DNA of 64,000 nt from Eledone cirrhosa (lineage: Eukaryota), in the NCBI GenBank assembly GCA_964016885.1, contig OZ024740.1:233120001-233184000 (forward strand), written 5' to 3'. Positions 38,617 to 53,057 of this stretch are shown here, piece after piece. Each line of letters begins with the position of its first letter. Positions within the stretch are counted from its first letter, which is position 1. The position numbers and the translations under genes were made by a program. A model generated the notes under the pieces. It was given only the letters and a program-made list of their open reading frames with translations. It did no database searches and was not told the DNA's origin.

Positions 38617-39370
38617 ACATTATTATATTTTATTATCTTATTATAATTTTCATCTTTTAATATACCATCCTTCCTAGCTATGACCATTACTTTACCTAAC
38701 TATATTTATCCTAGTTATTTCCGTATATTTTATATTTCTTTATTTATATTCACCTCAAATCTCCATACAACACAACTCAACATATAATTTTTACATCCCT
38801 TTTTAAACTTCACTCCACCATCTACATTCCACTATCAATACAACAATCCCTTTTCTTCATAGGTTCTTCATAGTAATTTTATTTTTACACCATTCAACCA
38901 TTCTTTTAAAAAGCTCATGACCTTAACTAAAGTGAGTTATACTTCGTCTTCATATCGTATGGCAAAACACCATTTGATTGGTTTGTTCTTCAGCTACCTC
39001 CAAATAAGGTCATAGAACTCAATTTACTATTGATTTTCAATAAAATTTTCATTGCTTTTGACAACGGCTGACGATATACATGTAGGTAAATATATTCCTT
39101 ATTTGATATTTTGTAATTAACCTTAGATAGATCGATAACGAAATATGCGTACGATATATTATTATTACCTAGAAACGATCGTAAAGCAGTGAAGTATATA
39201 CCTAATTACTTGAATTCTTATTTCATTGTTCTAACTTATATCATGACTCTGTTTTTCTTTTGATGTTTTATTGTTTTCCGGGATTTATTTTAACCTACAA
39301 CATTTTCAACATATGGATTACATTGAGTTCTTCATGCAGACTAGATCCCACAACTAACCGTGGATATGTC

Positions 39371-39483
<113 letters not shown>

Positions 39484-39516
39484 TACATGAATCAAAGTTC
39501 TGTTTAAACCATTTAT

Positions 39517-39565
39517 TCGCTTACAATTGTTTCTTTCAAACCGAGGTTTGGAGTCATCGGAGCAA
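39517..39565 (-). ncRNA. Hammerhead-like motif with CCGAUGA core (inverted-arm copy)
   Basis: Reverse complement of 42908-42956 with one stem II mismatch. Confidence 0.6.
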
Positions 39566-40736
39566 TTTTTCAATGATTTGTTCATACTTGACCTCCTTTC
39601 CAACACAAGAGACATACAGAAACATATGTATATATTGATGCACAGTGGGTTGACATCCATTATAATATTATAGCATGGCAATTTACATTTAAAGATTAAA
39701 GTCATATTAAAGAACAAAATTAAAGTTAAAATACAACATTGGCAGTTTACGAAGATAAAGCATGGAGGATAGTTTGAAGTAATTAGTGTATGCAATAGTT
39801 ACACGTGGGGCATGCACGTGTGTCTTATTTATATAAGATTATAGTGCGGCAGGGTGTTATATATAATACAAGCACTTTAAGCGGGCAATCAAAAGTATTA
39901 TGTGGGTTGTATTGGTAAAGTATGTTTTACATATGTATGATATAGAAGCCTGTGTGTAGAGACATATCAAAAATATTAAAAATGAGAAGCAAAACAACAC
40001 CACGTTCCTCGCATACACCACCACCCTCACAATCCAGGAAACACAATATATAGATTATATGTCCCTCACACAATCCACGATGATTCAATATTGGATGCTT
40101 GATGAGCCATGTTAGAACACCACAGCTTGTTGTTCCCTAATCTAATTCTATAGAGCAGGTTGTTTTTGTTGCGAGAATTGACATCGTATTATTTTCCGGA
40201 AGTGTGTGTGTGATTAAGGGGAGTTAATGCGTGAGGGGAGGTAACTAGCTGATTTCTATAACTAAATTTATTATCCTAATGTACAATAAATGGTGTCTCA
40301 AATGAGTCCCTATCATATAAGGTTATAAACAGTTTCTAAATTTAAGTATCTTATCTATAAATTACAGTGTATTCTATCAAGAAGTACTAAAGGTGTTCAT
40401 ATTAGGATGATTACCTTCTATCAGAGTGCCACAACTGAATATTCTACATGAAGAGTCAGATCCCCAAATCAATGATCTTTGTAAGTGTAGTCTACCCGCA
40501 GAACCTGGCAGGGTTTTATTAGAATCACTTCTATATATAACTCCTGGTAAGCTCTGGGTCAGTGCATGTCTGATTGCATGGCAAAGTTAAATATCACTAG
40601 GGTAGACCAGAGATCAATTCTCACTTACAATGTCACTAATCTGATCATCAAGTCATACATGTATAACTCGTACATCACGTCTACATAATTCATTGCACTC
40701 AGCATATAGGTTATATAGCTATATAGGTTATATCCC

Positions 40737-41440
40737 TATTAAAATCTCCTACTCTACTACGCCTAACATAGCATACCAAAAAGCTAGTAGCAATAAAAAA
40801 AAAATTAATTCTTACTTCCAACAAAATAAATCACAACAGACGATAAACCTTCAAAATAACATTATATCAATTAACCCTAATAACAATAGAAATAATAGTA
40901 ATAGCACTAGTGTAAGCAATAACGTTGGGAACGACAACCCCCATAACCATAATCCTATAGCTACCATCCAGACTTCTACACAACATAATAACCGGCAGAC
41001 TAACACCCAGAATAATTGTAACTGTAGATCAAATAGAACCTGCCCTTTAGATAAAAAAATGCTTAATAAAAGATATCATATACTCATGCACCGTCACAAC
41101 TAGCAACTCTTCTGAAAGCTATATAGGCTCTACTTCAAACTGCTTCAAAACCAGATACAATTCGCATCTCCACTCTTTCAAAAAACACAGTCTAGCCAAC
41201 TCCACTTCACTATCTAGCTACATACACTATCTAAAAACTAAAAATAAATCGTATACACTTAAATGGGAAGTGATAGGTAACGCGACATTGTACAAACCAC
41301 CTAATAAATTTTGTAACCTCTGTCTACTAGAGACCCATACTATTATCTTCTCAAACCATAATCTCTTTATTAAAAAATCAGAAGTGTTCGCGTCTTGCCA
41401 GCACCGCTTCCGACACTCCTTCCAAAACTTTAAACCCAAT
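40737..41440 (+). pseudogene. PLE linker + GIY-YIG endonuclease fragment, frameshifted
   Basis: IKISYSTTPNI, CNCRSNRTCPLD, IIYSC...YIGSTSNCFKTRYNSH, CNLCLLE, SCQHR. Confidence 0.88.
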
Positions 41441-42907
41441 ATATAACAATGTCAGACTTGAACCCGTCACCACCTCTAACAACAAACCTCAAGGGCACAC
41501 CTTACACCACATCTCCACACTCATTGATCCACTTTAACGCAAATAGTGACATCCTCCTAGTACCTTTTACCCTAGAGATATCCCCATGTACATCTACTTT
41601 TGGTATATTTGCCTTCAATTACTTAGACTACATTACACCACTATATAATTAATGTAAACTTTAAACACAGAATTGGTTGTGCTAATGTTGTTCTGTGTAT
41701 GGAGTGCCATCATTGGATAAATGGAAGATTAATTAATTTATTAACATATAAGAGCTATATAACCTATATGCTGAGTGCAATGAATTATGTACAAGTGATG
41801 TATGAGTTATACATGTATGACTTGATGATCAGATTAGTGACATTGTAAGTGAGAATTGATCTCTGGTCTACCCTAGTGATATTTAACTTTTCCATGCAAT
41901 CAGACATGCACTGACCCAGAGCTTACCAGGAGTTATATATAGAAGTGATTCTAATAAAACCCTGCCAGGTTCTGCGGGTAGACTACACTTACAAAGATCA
42001 TTGATTTGGGGATCTGACTCTTCATGTAGAATATTCAGTTGTGGCACTCTATGATAGAAGGTAATCATCCTAATATGATCACCTTTAGTACTTCTTGATA
42101 GACTACACTGTAATTTATAGATAAGATACTTAAATTTAGAAACTGTTTATAACCTTATATGATAGGGACTCATTTGAGACACCATTTATTGTACATTAGG
42201 ATAATAAATTTAGTTATAGAAATCAGCTAGTTACCTCCCCTCACGCATTAACTCCCCTTAATCACACGCACACTTCCGGAAAATAATACGATGTCAATTC
42301 TCGCAGCAAAAACAACCTGCTCTATAGAATTAGATTAGGGAACAACAAGCTGTGGTGTTCTAACATGGCTCATCAAGCATTCAATATTGAATCATCGTGG
42401 ATTGTGTGAGGGACATATAATCTATGTATTGCGTTTCCTGGATTGTGAGGGTGGTGGTGTATTCGAGGACCGTGGCGTTGTTTTGCTTCTCATTTTTAAT
42501 ATTTTTGATATTTCTCTACACACAGGCTTCTATATCATACATATATAAAAAATACTTTACCAATACAACCCCCATAATACTTTTGATAGCCCGCTTAAAG
42601 TGCTTGTATTACATATAACACCCTGCCGCACTATAATCTTATATAAATAAGACACACGTGCATGCCCCACGTGTAACTATTGCATACACTAATTACTTCA
42701 AACTATCCTCTTGCTTTATCTTCTTAAACTGCCAATGTTGTATTTTAACTTTAATTTTGTTCTTTAATATGACTTTAATCTTTAAATGTAAATTGCCATG
42801 CTATAATATTATAATGGATGTCAACCCACTGTGCATCAATATATACATATGTTTCTATGTCTCTTGTGTTGGAAAGGAGGTCAAGTATGTAAAAAATCAT
42901 TGAAAAA

Positions 42908-42956
42908 TTGCTCCGATGACTCCAAACCTCGGTTTGGAAGAAACAATTGTAAGCGA
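42908..42956 (+). ncRNA. Minimal type-I hammerhead-like motif with U4C core
   Basis: ttgct-CCGATGA-c-tccaaac ctcg gtttgga-a-GAAA-caattg-TA-agcga. Stem I 5 bp, stem II 7 bp, palindromic stem III. Confidence 0.7.
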
Positions 42957-43154
42957 ATAAATGGTTTAACAGAACTTTGATTCATGTAATTTCTATATAA
43001 CTGCTCTGTAGAACAACTGATGTTATTACATTGAGCTATTTATCTTACTGGTAATAAGGTAGCAATAAATTACTGTCTTTCACTATTTAGGATTTAAAAT
43101 ATATATAACTATAAAAGGTTCTAGTATATACATAACCATAAATAGTATCCTTAA

Positions 43155-43225
<71 letters not shown>

Positions 43226-43479
43226 TGTATCTTCCGTCTTCACTCCACATACACATATACTCAGATACAAACACACAAGCAATTGATCTATCGATCGATT
43301 GATGAGGCGCCATCAGTTGTTCGATTAACGGAAAAAGCCTGCTCATGAATTTAACGCGCAAGCTATTTAGCAATTCTATGTCACCTATATATTTAATATA
43401 ATTCTCAGGGAGAATAAAGGTGACACATTGCCTGACAAGCTTACCCTTTCAATTACAGATACCATCGATCCTATAGCCT

Positions 43480-43582
43480 ACCAAACAGTTTCCGTCCATC
43501 TTATTTTGATCATAAAGCATTGGCCGCTTCGAAATTATAGTAAATGACATATGCCCAGAATAGCGCGCAGTGGGATCGAGTC
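43480..43582 (-). mobile_element. Old SINE family S3 fragment; related plus-strand copy ~50215-50355
   Basis: cagtttccgtc...aaagcattggcc...atagtaaatgaca...cagtgggatcga corresponds to gacaccttgtgcaagt...ctaagcct...ggaaattg. Confidence 0.45.
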
Positions 43583-44371
43583 CTGTCACGTACATACCCA
43601 CATGAACATACGCGTGCAAAGCCAGTATTATGTAGCGCTCAGTTGAGTTTAAACTGCTAATTAAATATTTTAGTAGTCAGAGCGCAATACATATGATTTA
43701 TACATGGGTTTTGTGTATATGCGTGTACCTGCAATGAACGAACATATATATATTAACAGGTTGGTCTATCTACGAGATGTAAGACAACCACGCAGTAACG
43801 TTCCCCCCTATTGAGGACTTCGATAGTTATTTTATTTTATATATAGTTTATTGTTATTTATTAGTGTTAAAGTTTCCACGATTTTTGCGTAAAACCCCCG
43901 CTGTCACGTCTGGTAATGTCCCATTTCTTGTACGCCCTTGTGGCAAATAAAGAAAGATATCTATGTTAACAGCACAGATTAAAGGAAGTACCATATTTCA
44001 TGGCATATAAGGTGTTCCCCAAAATATGACTAAAAATATTATCCAGGTCTCAAGTTGAAGTGCCTAAAAGGTTAATGTATTTATCAATATACCCACTTAA
44101 ATGGGGAGGGCAGGTTTATATACCAGAGGTTCCTATATGACATGAAAATAACAGAGCACAGTACTAAGATTGTATAAAATATCAATTTCTAAGTGAGGAG
44201 AAAAAATAAAAGAAACGGATTTCTCAACCGAACAATTGTATATTACAAGAATATAATTCTGTAAAGTATATAATAATATCAATTCATTTAAAATTCTGGA
44301 GATGAGTATTACCGTAGGAATTCACTGTTGTGTGAAATACTTAAAAGATTATATAATTGCTATAGATTAGT

Positions 44372-44650
44372 ACCGCCGAGGTTAACTTTGGCTTTCTTCC
44401 TTACGGGGGTCGACCAAATAAAATAACAGCAATGTACTGGGTAATTGCTGGCCTTGTGCCAAAAGTAGAGACAATTATTGCTATAGATTTACAGCGCTTT
44501 ACCTTTTGAGTTCAAATCCCGCTCGAAGTCCTCTTTGCCCTTCATTGTTTCTGGATCGATACAATAAAGCACTAATCCCGCACTGAGGACGATTCAATCG
44601 ACATTTCCATCACCTAAAAATGTCTAGCCTAGTGCCTAAATTAGAAATCA
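44372..44650 (+). mobile_element. Truncated SINE S1 (TSD attgctatagatt) followed by an older S1-like copy
   Basis: Core motifs present; TSD at ~44356 and ~44476. Confidence 0.75.
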
Positions 44651-45257
44651 TGCTAGGACTACAATCCAATGTGTGATTGTTTTGTTGTTGTTTTGAGGTG
44701 TGATATGAGCAAAACTTGGTTGCGATTTCCTGTATGTAGCGTGACACTACTATTTCATTGATATGTTTCCAAGTAAATATTGTTTAAAGCCACCTGCTTA
44801 AGATTGTCGGTGAGTCTATACTTGGTTAATCGACTAGCTAAAAATAGCAGCCCTCTCTGCACAAATCTCATTTTATAGATATGAGAAAGCACTATGACCA
44901 TTCCACAAAAAGTGGAATGTTCACGGATAGAATGCATTTAATGTGATCATGATCGGGCCTAGTCTGAGTCTAAACAACATCTCTAGTTAGTTTATGTAAA
45001 GAACACTGGTCTAAAACTCTATCTTGGTCCGATTATTCTACGGTTATGATCCAGAAAATATATTTCGATTATTGATTTTAGACTTTGGTATGAAAACAAG
45101 GATTTAAAGTTAATTGATTTAACCTAAATACGATGGAATTTGAACTCAGAACATCAAACGGACACAATTAAATATCGTATACAAACTATTCTATACGAAT
45201 TTCTACTCTTACCGCTATAACTCAATACTTCTCAAGTTATAATTATTGAAGCTCGTA

Positions 45258-45470
45258 GGGCAGCGGATTGGCAGGGCGTCGGACAACATGCTATGCAGCA
45301 TAGAGTTATGCTCCTTTATGATCTGAGTTCAAATCCCGCCGAGGTTAACTTTGCCATTCATCCATACGGGATCGATAAAATAAATTAACAGTCACGCACT
45401 GGGTTCGATTCAATCGACATTCCTCTCCCACCAAATTTTTTTACCATGTGCCTAAATAAGAATCCATTAT
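45258..45470 (+). mobile_element. SINE S1
   Basis: Matches the family. Confidence 0.85.
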
Positions 45471-45600
45471 TGATGCTTGCGTATGTGAGTGTTTTATGGT
45501 CCCACGTCATTTTCGAGGATAAATGGTGAAGTTCGAACAACGGAACAGACTGCTCGAGAAATTAACATGCTAAGCATTCCCGAGATGAAAGCATCCTTAA

Positions 45601-45822
45601 CCCTTTAGCATCTAAACCAGCTGTATCTGGCCAGAATTATTTCCCCTTTCTGAAACCGGCTGTAGCCAGCAGCTCACACCAACGCTAAGGTATCGTTCTT
45701 AAAATAAACAATAACATCATCTAGCTCTCGTAGACTCGAGATTATGTGAGATAATTATGTGAGATAAGGACTTTACCATCAATATACAATAGTAAATATA
45801 GTGTAATGTAAATTCTAAAGGG
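45601..45822. mobile_element. piggyBac-type MITE (inverted paralog of 21765-21986)
   Basis: TTAA|ccctttagcat ... ctaaaggg|TTAA. Confidence 0.72.
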
Positions 45823-46589
45823 TTAACATAGATCTCGCGGGAAATCAGCTTGACATAGTGAGTGTCAAATTGTGTCCTTTAAATTACAAGTACAACTAAT
45901 TTTTGCAAGCTGAGTGGAGTGGAGCAATGTGAAACAGTGTTTTTCTGAAGGACAGAAACTTATGATCGTGGGCCAAACACCTCTATTAACTAAGTCCAGC
46001 GTCTGGGCTATTGATTTGTCAGATTGGCAGAACGATATTTTCAGTTTATAAAGAACATGATAAATACGTTATATTATAGACCTCGGAATGCTAAAAGGCA
46101 AAGTTTAACACGACGAGATCTGAACTTATAACGTAAAGAAACGTAACTAAATACCACTATGTACTTTATGTTCATTTAACATTCGAACGATTCTGTTAAT
46201 CCAGCATCATTAATAAGTTTAATTATTGATACCACAAGGAAGTAATTATTTGCATATTTTCAACTCATGACAACATTATAGTTCCGTTAAACATATACCA
46301 AACGTACACATTTACATTCAGCAGATTCAGTAACATTTAAGGCATACTTGACGTGATTTCCGTTAGCGAGTTAAAACACCCTCGGGACACCCATACTCAT
46401 GATTCTTGTTAATTACTGCCGGTCTAATATAACTTGCTCGAAATTCTAATCTGCTACCACATATCTAGGAACGTAATAGTGTGGCTAAATATTCGAGTTA
46501 TTGGTGTATGTTAATATATGTTCTGAGGAAATGTATACAAGAAGTCATTTATATTACAGTAATATAGATTTATCGGACTATTAATTTCT

Positions 46590-46842
<253 letters not shown>

Positions 46843-46925
46843 ATAATAATAAATTTGAAGACTAAAATCCAAAGAGGGCTCGATAAGGATAAATATATAT
46901 CAGATATATAAGAACCGTAGAGCAA

Positions 46926-48012
46926 ATATATATTAAAATAACAGATTAAAGTTTAAGCAAAGAATCGCTACTTTCACCCTTAACGGGATCTTTTGAAACT
47001 AAAAAAATTAATCTGTGAACGCAGAAGTAAATATTTCAAAAAACGTTGCAACCGAAGGAAGACAGGAAGACGGTATTTTGGATCGTAGATTTGTTGATAA
47101 GGTAGCATATACCGAGTATGAGCATAGACCTAGGAAAAATAGATCCCGACGCCTTATATGATATAACCCACCATATAATATGGAGGTGGCCACACCATTA
47201 GCTAAGATCTTTGTCTCCCTTATTATGAAGCATTTCCCCCCAGCACATAAATATAATAAGATTTTTAATGGAAATACCATTAAAATTTCGTACTCTACGA
47301 CGCCTAACCTTGCACATAACATCACTGCTTCAACTTTAGCTAAATTACCTAGTCGTAGGAACACGTGCAACCCTGTAGCTAGTACTAACTGTAATTGTAG
47401 GAATCGGGTTGATTGCCCCCTATCCAGGAAATGGCTCTCTAGTAACATTGTCTACAAATATAAGGTTAAAACACCCACGTCCCGTAGGGCCTACATACGG
47501 TTAACCGCCAATAGCTTCAAGCAGCGTCTTTACATGCATATCCATTCTTTTCTTAACCCTTTAAGAAGGAATATGACGTAACTTTCAGCTTATATCTGGA
47601 GTCTAAAAGACAACCACACCCAATATAGGTTTCACTGGGAGATCCTAGCTAAGGCTAGATCGTATAACGGAAATAAAAGTCCATGTGACCTCTGCGCCGC
47701 TGAAGCCCTGGAAATACTCTACGGCAATGAACACATCTTAAATAAAAAATCTGAGGCAATTTCAGCTTGTAAACATAAATTGCACAAAACTTTCCTGTAT
47801 TACAGCCCCACTTTACACCCTAACGGATAGTACGAACTATACGCGGATGATTTACGTCTTGATGTAGGAACGTTTCCACGAACCAAAATCGTTTTCTCGA
47901 TATATTTACTTCTGCGTTCACAGATTGATTTTTTTAGTTTCAGAAGATCCCGTCAAGGGTGAAAGCAGCTGAAAGCAGCGATTCTTTACTTAAACTTTAA
48001 TCTGTTATTTTA

Positions 48013-48020
<8 letters not shown>
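46926..48020 (+). mobile_element. 5'-truncated Naiad-like PLE with short inverted arms (~46926-47045 and ~47890-48020); ORF remnant ~47140-47810
   Basis: YNPPY, KHFPPAHKYNKIFNGNTIKISYSTTPNL, CNCRNRVDCPL, IVYKY...AYIRLTANSFKQR, CDLC; the arms are reverse complements. Confidence 0.85.
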
Positions 48021-48048
<28 letters not shown>

Positions 48049-48055
<7 letters not shown>

Positions 48056-48453
48056 TTCAAAATATTAACAAAATAGATATTCTTGTGATCAAGTATATGT
48101 TATTATACATATTTCAGAGGTACTGAGTTAACTTCAACAGTACGTCATCAGATAAAATAAGATGAGCATGACATACCCTGACATAGTAGATGGTTAAGAT
48201 TCAGTCTATTGTATGTATTATATGTTTTTCTCATGTGTTCAATATTAAGGTATATAAATATTGAGTTTTGTCATATATTACTCACTACCATGACTGAATC
48301 TTAACCATCTACTATGTCAGGGTATGTCATGAATCATCTTATTTTATCTGATGAGGACGTACTTTTGAAGTTAACTCAGTACATCTGAAATATGTATAAT
48401 AAAATATACTTGATCACAAGAATATCTGTTTTGTTAATATTTTGAATTAATAT
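48049..48453. mobile_element. Small non-coding foldback element (arms 48049-48206 and 48292-48453), each arm with a hammerhead motif
   Basis: Reverse-complement arms; (TA)n on the left and again after a ~90-bp tail. Confidence 0.85.
48340..48406 (+). ncRNA. Minimal type-I hammerhead ribozyme motif (mirror copy 48096-48159, minus)
   Basis: tattttat-CTGATGA-g-gacgtact...agtacatc-t-GAAA-tatgta-TA-ataaaata. Perfect 8-bp stem I; predicted cut after 48398. Confidence 0.82.
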
Positions 48454-48549
48454 TAATAACTCCGGAAAACCAAATTTGTTGAGTACTTCCAATCTATTGT
48501 AAAACTCATTCTTTGATTTATTCATTGAACATTGCTTAACCTATATATA

Positions 48550-49157
48550 TATATAAAACATGAGAAGAAAGAAGAACACTGCGTGGTTGCACATGGGTTA
48601 CATATGATAAAAACAGTCCTTCGTCAGTGATTTGCCAACCATCATTGATATTTCATCGCATTAAAAATCATATACCTCAGGTTGGTGCGAGCAATAACTA
48701 AAAAAAGCTATTGGGACAAGTAAATCGCGTAAAGCGAGTGAGACAAGTAAACAACATAGAAGGATGAAAGCAACGCAAAGATGGGAATAAACAAGCAACA
48801 TGGTTATGCGGTCAGCATAAGCTGGGTGGATTTCATGAGCGATCAAGATACAGACCGTCCGACGTGAGTGCGATGTGAGCAAGAAGAGACCCACTACAAG
48901 CCAAACGGGAGGAAGTGAGAAGGGGAGAAACAGAGAGTGAGTGAGTGGAAGTGCGAGGAAGAGGTCAGTCGAGAGAAAGTGTAACTGACAGAGGGGGCGA
49001 AAGAAGGTGAGAGAAACAGAGGGAACGGGGAAGCAGTAAGAGAGAAACAGACAAACGCAGCCGAGGTAAATATATATAAAAAAACATGAGAAGAAAGAAG
49101 AACACTGCGTGGTTGCACATGGGTTACATATGATAAAAACAGTCCTTCGTCAGTGAT
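48550..49157. repeat. ~600-bp element with ~80-bp direct terminal repeats
   Basis: aaaacatgagaagaaagaagaacactgcg...cagtccttcgtcagtgat at ~48555-48631 and ~49081-49157. Confidence 0.85.
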
Positions 49158-49827
49158 AATGCGAGTGTGCGTGTGTGTGTATAAACATACACCCACACAT
49201 ATATCGACTGTCCCTCATCCTTCCAGTCAAATTCTAGAGTCGATATAATCTAATCTTCCATTCTCACAAAATATGTGACTTTGAATAGAACGAGTTCTGC
49301 TACTCATTCCGGCTATATGTGGTCTGAGTTCAAATCATGTCGAGGTCAAATTTGACTTTCATCATTTTCAAATCCATAAAATAACGCCAGTTCAGTACTG
49401 GAGTCTGTTATTGCTCTACATCTCTTTCTCACTTCAGTCTCTTTCACGGTCCCTCTTTGTCTGAAACAAATCGGCTGCGTTCTTACCTAGAGAGGGATGC
49501 ACCTCAGCAGGTTTTTAAATACCCAATACATGATAAAGCACCCCATCGCCTCTATGGCTCCATCAGAACTTATTTCCCATAACTTTTCTACCCTCTCGAA
49601 TCGATAAAATAGGTACAACTCAGATATTAGGTCGATTCCCCTATCGGGTACCCTCTTGTAACGAAATGCGTAACATACGTCTGATGTTTAAATATATGTC
49701 TAATGGCGATCGCATAAGTCAACTTCAGACCTGTAAACTGTCCCCGTCCGACAGGGAGATTTCCCATCCACTTTGTGGTGGGTGAGAGATGTCTTCTCTT
49801 GTGGAAATGAGTATAGCTTTCATTATA

Positions 49828-50016
49828 AGCGGTGGATTGGCAGTATCGGTAGAGGGTCGGATGCCATGCTTTCCAGCATAGTTACGTCCCTTAACGATCT
49901 GAGTTCAAATCCCGTTGAGGTTGACTTTGCCTTTCATCCTTACAGGGTCGATAAAATAAAGTACCAGTAATGCACTGGGTAATTGCTGGCCTTGTGCCAA
50001 AAAGTAGAAACAATTA
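49828..50016 (+). mobile_element. SINE S1
   Basis: Matches the family. Confidence 0.9.
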
Positions 50017-50884
50017 TGTAAAATCTTCCCATTTTGCGTCCTTGTTTCATAGTACTCTCTGTTCGGGTTTTTAGAAGTTGGCAGGTCTGCAACTTAAATG
50101 ATGGTTTTGTACAGTAGACAGTAGAAATGTTTCTTTCTTGTAGAGACAACAATTGTATTATTGATATGCTATAATTTTAATATCTGAAAGAAGCCGAGCC
50201 GACTGTTTAAAATGTTCGCTTCACAACTTTGAGGTGTTCCGTTCTGCCGCACCGAGTGACACCTTGTGCAAGTAGTTCTTTTTACCATAACTTTGCTTTG
50301 ACCTAAGCCTCATAAGTAAATTTGAGAGGTGGAAATTGCGTGGAAGTTCGTCGGAAGGACAGTATCTGTAATTTAAAGGACCAGTCTTGTAAGATACTCA
50401 GTTTCATGGAATAGAATATAGCGTCTGGAATATTCAGACACAAAAAAACATTAATTTAAAATGTAAGCTGTTTCGTTGAACACACGAAGCAGCATTTATT
50501 CTAAAAGATTTTTATCTACTTTTTCACCATTTCTCGTGGAGCCCTGTAATGTCTTATAAAGTAATTATAACCATCAGCATTATTCCGGCACGCTGGAAAT
50601 TATATTAGACAGATGAAATGGAGTGTGTGTATCCATGCGTCTCAGTGTATCTGTATGTGTGATTTCAGAATGATCAACTTATATAACTTGCTATATGCAT
50701 AATAATATAAATATCTCTGTTATACACACACACGTACAAACGTTCCTGTTTGCGTATTTATATATATATATATATATTGGAAAATGTGTGTAATCCTTGG
50801 TACAGTTAGGTATTTGGATTTTGTGAAGAAAATAAATTTGTTGAAAGCACAAGTGAAGCCATTTTTTTCTTCCCCCCTGTCTTA

Positions 50885-50943
<59 letters not shown>

Positions 50944-50950
<7 letters not shown>

Positions 50951-51296
50951 GTTAGAATATGTGTAATAAGGCCAAGACAATGCAGATATGGACATAGAAA
51001 AAGAATGCAATAGTGAGAGATATTGATGAGAATTCGTCTTTCACCTTGAATTTATTTAAATGTCCTTAATTTTCGAGATAATATCTCTTCTTCGGAGGGA
51101 AGTAAAAGTCTCAGACCAGCGTCTAAATTTCCAATGAAGCCATGCTCAAGAAGAGATATTATCTCGAAAATTAAGGACATTTAAATAAATTCAAGGTGAA
51201 AGACGAATTCTCATCAATATCTCTCACTATTGCATTCTTTTTCTATGTCCATATCTGCATTGTCTTGGCCTTATTACACATATTCTAACGTTTATA
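50944..51296. repeat. 149-bp inverted repeat (50944-51092 and 51148-51296) between (TA)n tracts
   Basis: Arms identical by eye; hammerhead-like remnant CCGAAGA-a-gagat att atctc-GAAA-at-TA on the minus strand at the inner end. Confidence 0.92.
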
Positions 51297-51593
51297 CCTC
51301 ATTACACAATGCTTCAAGTGAACTATAACCTCCTCCCATATATATATATATATATATATATTAGAAAGTGAGGTTTTTTTTTACAAAATGAAAAATAACC
51401 GAGGTGTCCTACACGAGTGAAAGTATAAAGAAAAAAAGAAGAAATCTAAAATGCAACTGGAGTCTTATTTTTTTTTTATTTATATATTTATTTGGTTCCT
51501 TTACCGGTTTCGCAGTTCTGCTTTTCAAAAGTAGAGTTGAGATGGAGGGTCTGTGGTTTTTCTCACATCTAGAATATATATATATAGCAATTG

Positions 51594-51665
<72 letters not shown>

Positions 51666-51880
51666 GTTTGTGTGCGTATATATATGTTTATATATATATA
51701 GCTATGAATATATAATTAACCCTCTCTATCTAACTACCTGTGTGTCTATCTATATATCGCGAACTGCATATGGATATGGTGTAAGTCACTCAATTTAATC
51801 ATGGATAATATTATTAACCGGTTATTACTGTCGAAATATATATATATATACGCACACACATCTCTCTCTCTCTCTCTCTC

Positions 51881-51961
<81 letters not shown>

Positions 51962-52696
51962 ATCAGTTTATCTATCTACCTATCTCCTATTATTTACTCT
52001 CGTTAACACATGGTTTCAATTGCTAACTCTGTCTTAGGTTTCCTTTGCGCATTCTTGTTTAATTACAATATTGCTGGCATGCAAACTTCAGTAGACTTTG
52101 CATGTGCAATATATATGGCACATATGTTTATAACCACCACGTGTGCATGTAAATTTACACGTGTATGTTAAATACGTTCTCGTAGCTTTTGGAATATCGT
52201 GCTAAATTGGACACCTCATATGGCTGAATGTTTACAATCAGTCATAATCTCTCACTCCCCCCCTCTCTATCTCTCTCTCTCTATATGTATGTATGTACAC
52301 ACACATACACATATATATATTATATGAAATAATATACTAAATGTCCATAAAAAATAAACATATGAGAGCCTCCCTATCAAAGAAAAAATGCTTTTTTCGT
52401 TATGAAAAAAATATGTTTCTATCATTTGCTTTGTGTGACATGTCACAGATATCACAGTATCAATGTACCAGTCGAACATGTCAGACGGCGCGGTTTCAAG
52501 ATTCGTTAATCTCTTATCTGTGACATCTAGGGAACCCGTATTGAGCTAATCACAGACGAGTGTCTATACAGAATTTATATGATGCCATTTGCTGGAAATG
52601 CTCATTTGCATATAGCGAAGCATACTCATTTGGCTTGGCTAGATGCAGAATGGATCTGTAGGTGATGAGTGAGGGGAGAGAGACAGGTGATGAGTA

Positions 52697-52697
<1 letters not shown>

Positions 52698-52768
<71 letters not shown>
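52698..52768. repeat. (GA)n microsatellite
   Basis: Direct reading. Confidence 0.97.
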
Positions 52769-52774
<6 letters not shown>

Positions 52775-53057
52775 GGAGGATGGGGAAAGAGCTTATAAAA
52801 AAGTGGTAAAACATAAGTCTGACCAGGAATAACAAAAACAAGCGAGATCGATAGAAAGGATGGAGCGGAGATCACAGCAATAAATACATAAATATGGATT
52901 GAAAGGGATAAGGCTGCGTGTTTAATGATAACGAGTGCTAGAAAATTAAGGCAACACAAACAAGAGATAGACCTTTCCCTTCATCAGTTGTCTACAATGG
53001 GTATATATATAGAGAGAGAGGGGCGAGAGAGATAAATATACACAAATATATATAAGC

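Noticed and set aside
39064-39190. Hammerhead with long stem II (CTGACGA...GAAA cgatcg TA); similar weak motifs at ~5000, ~19960, ~47940 and ~54045-54090
   Set aside because: Stem I or GAAA is missing or mispaired; possible relics but unsupported individually.
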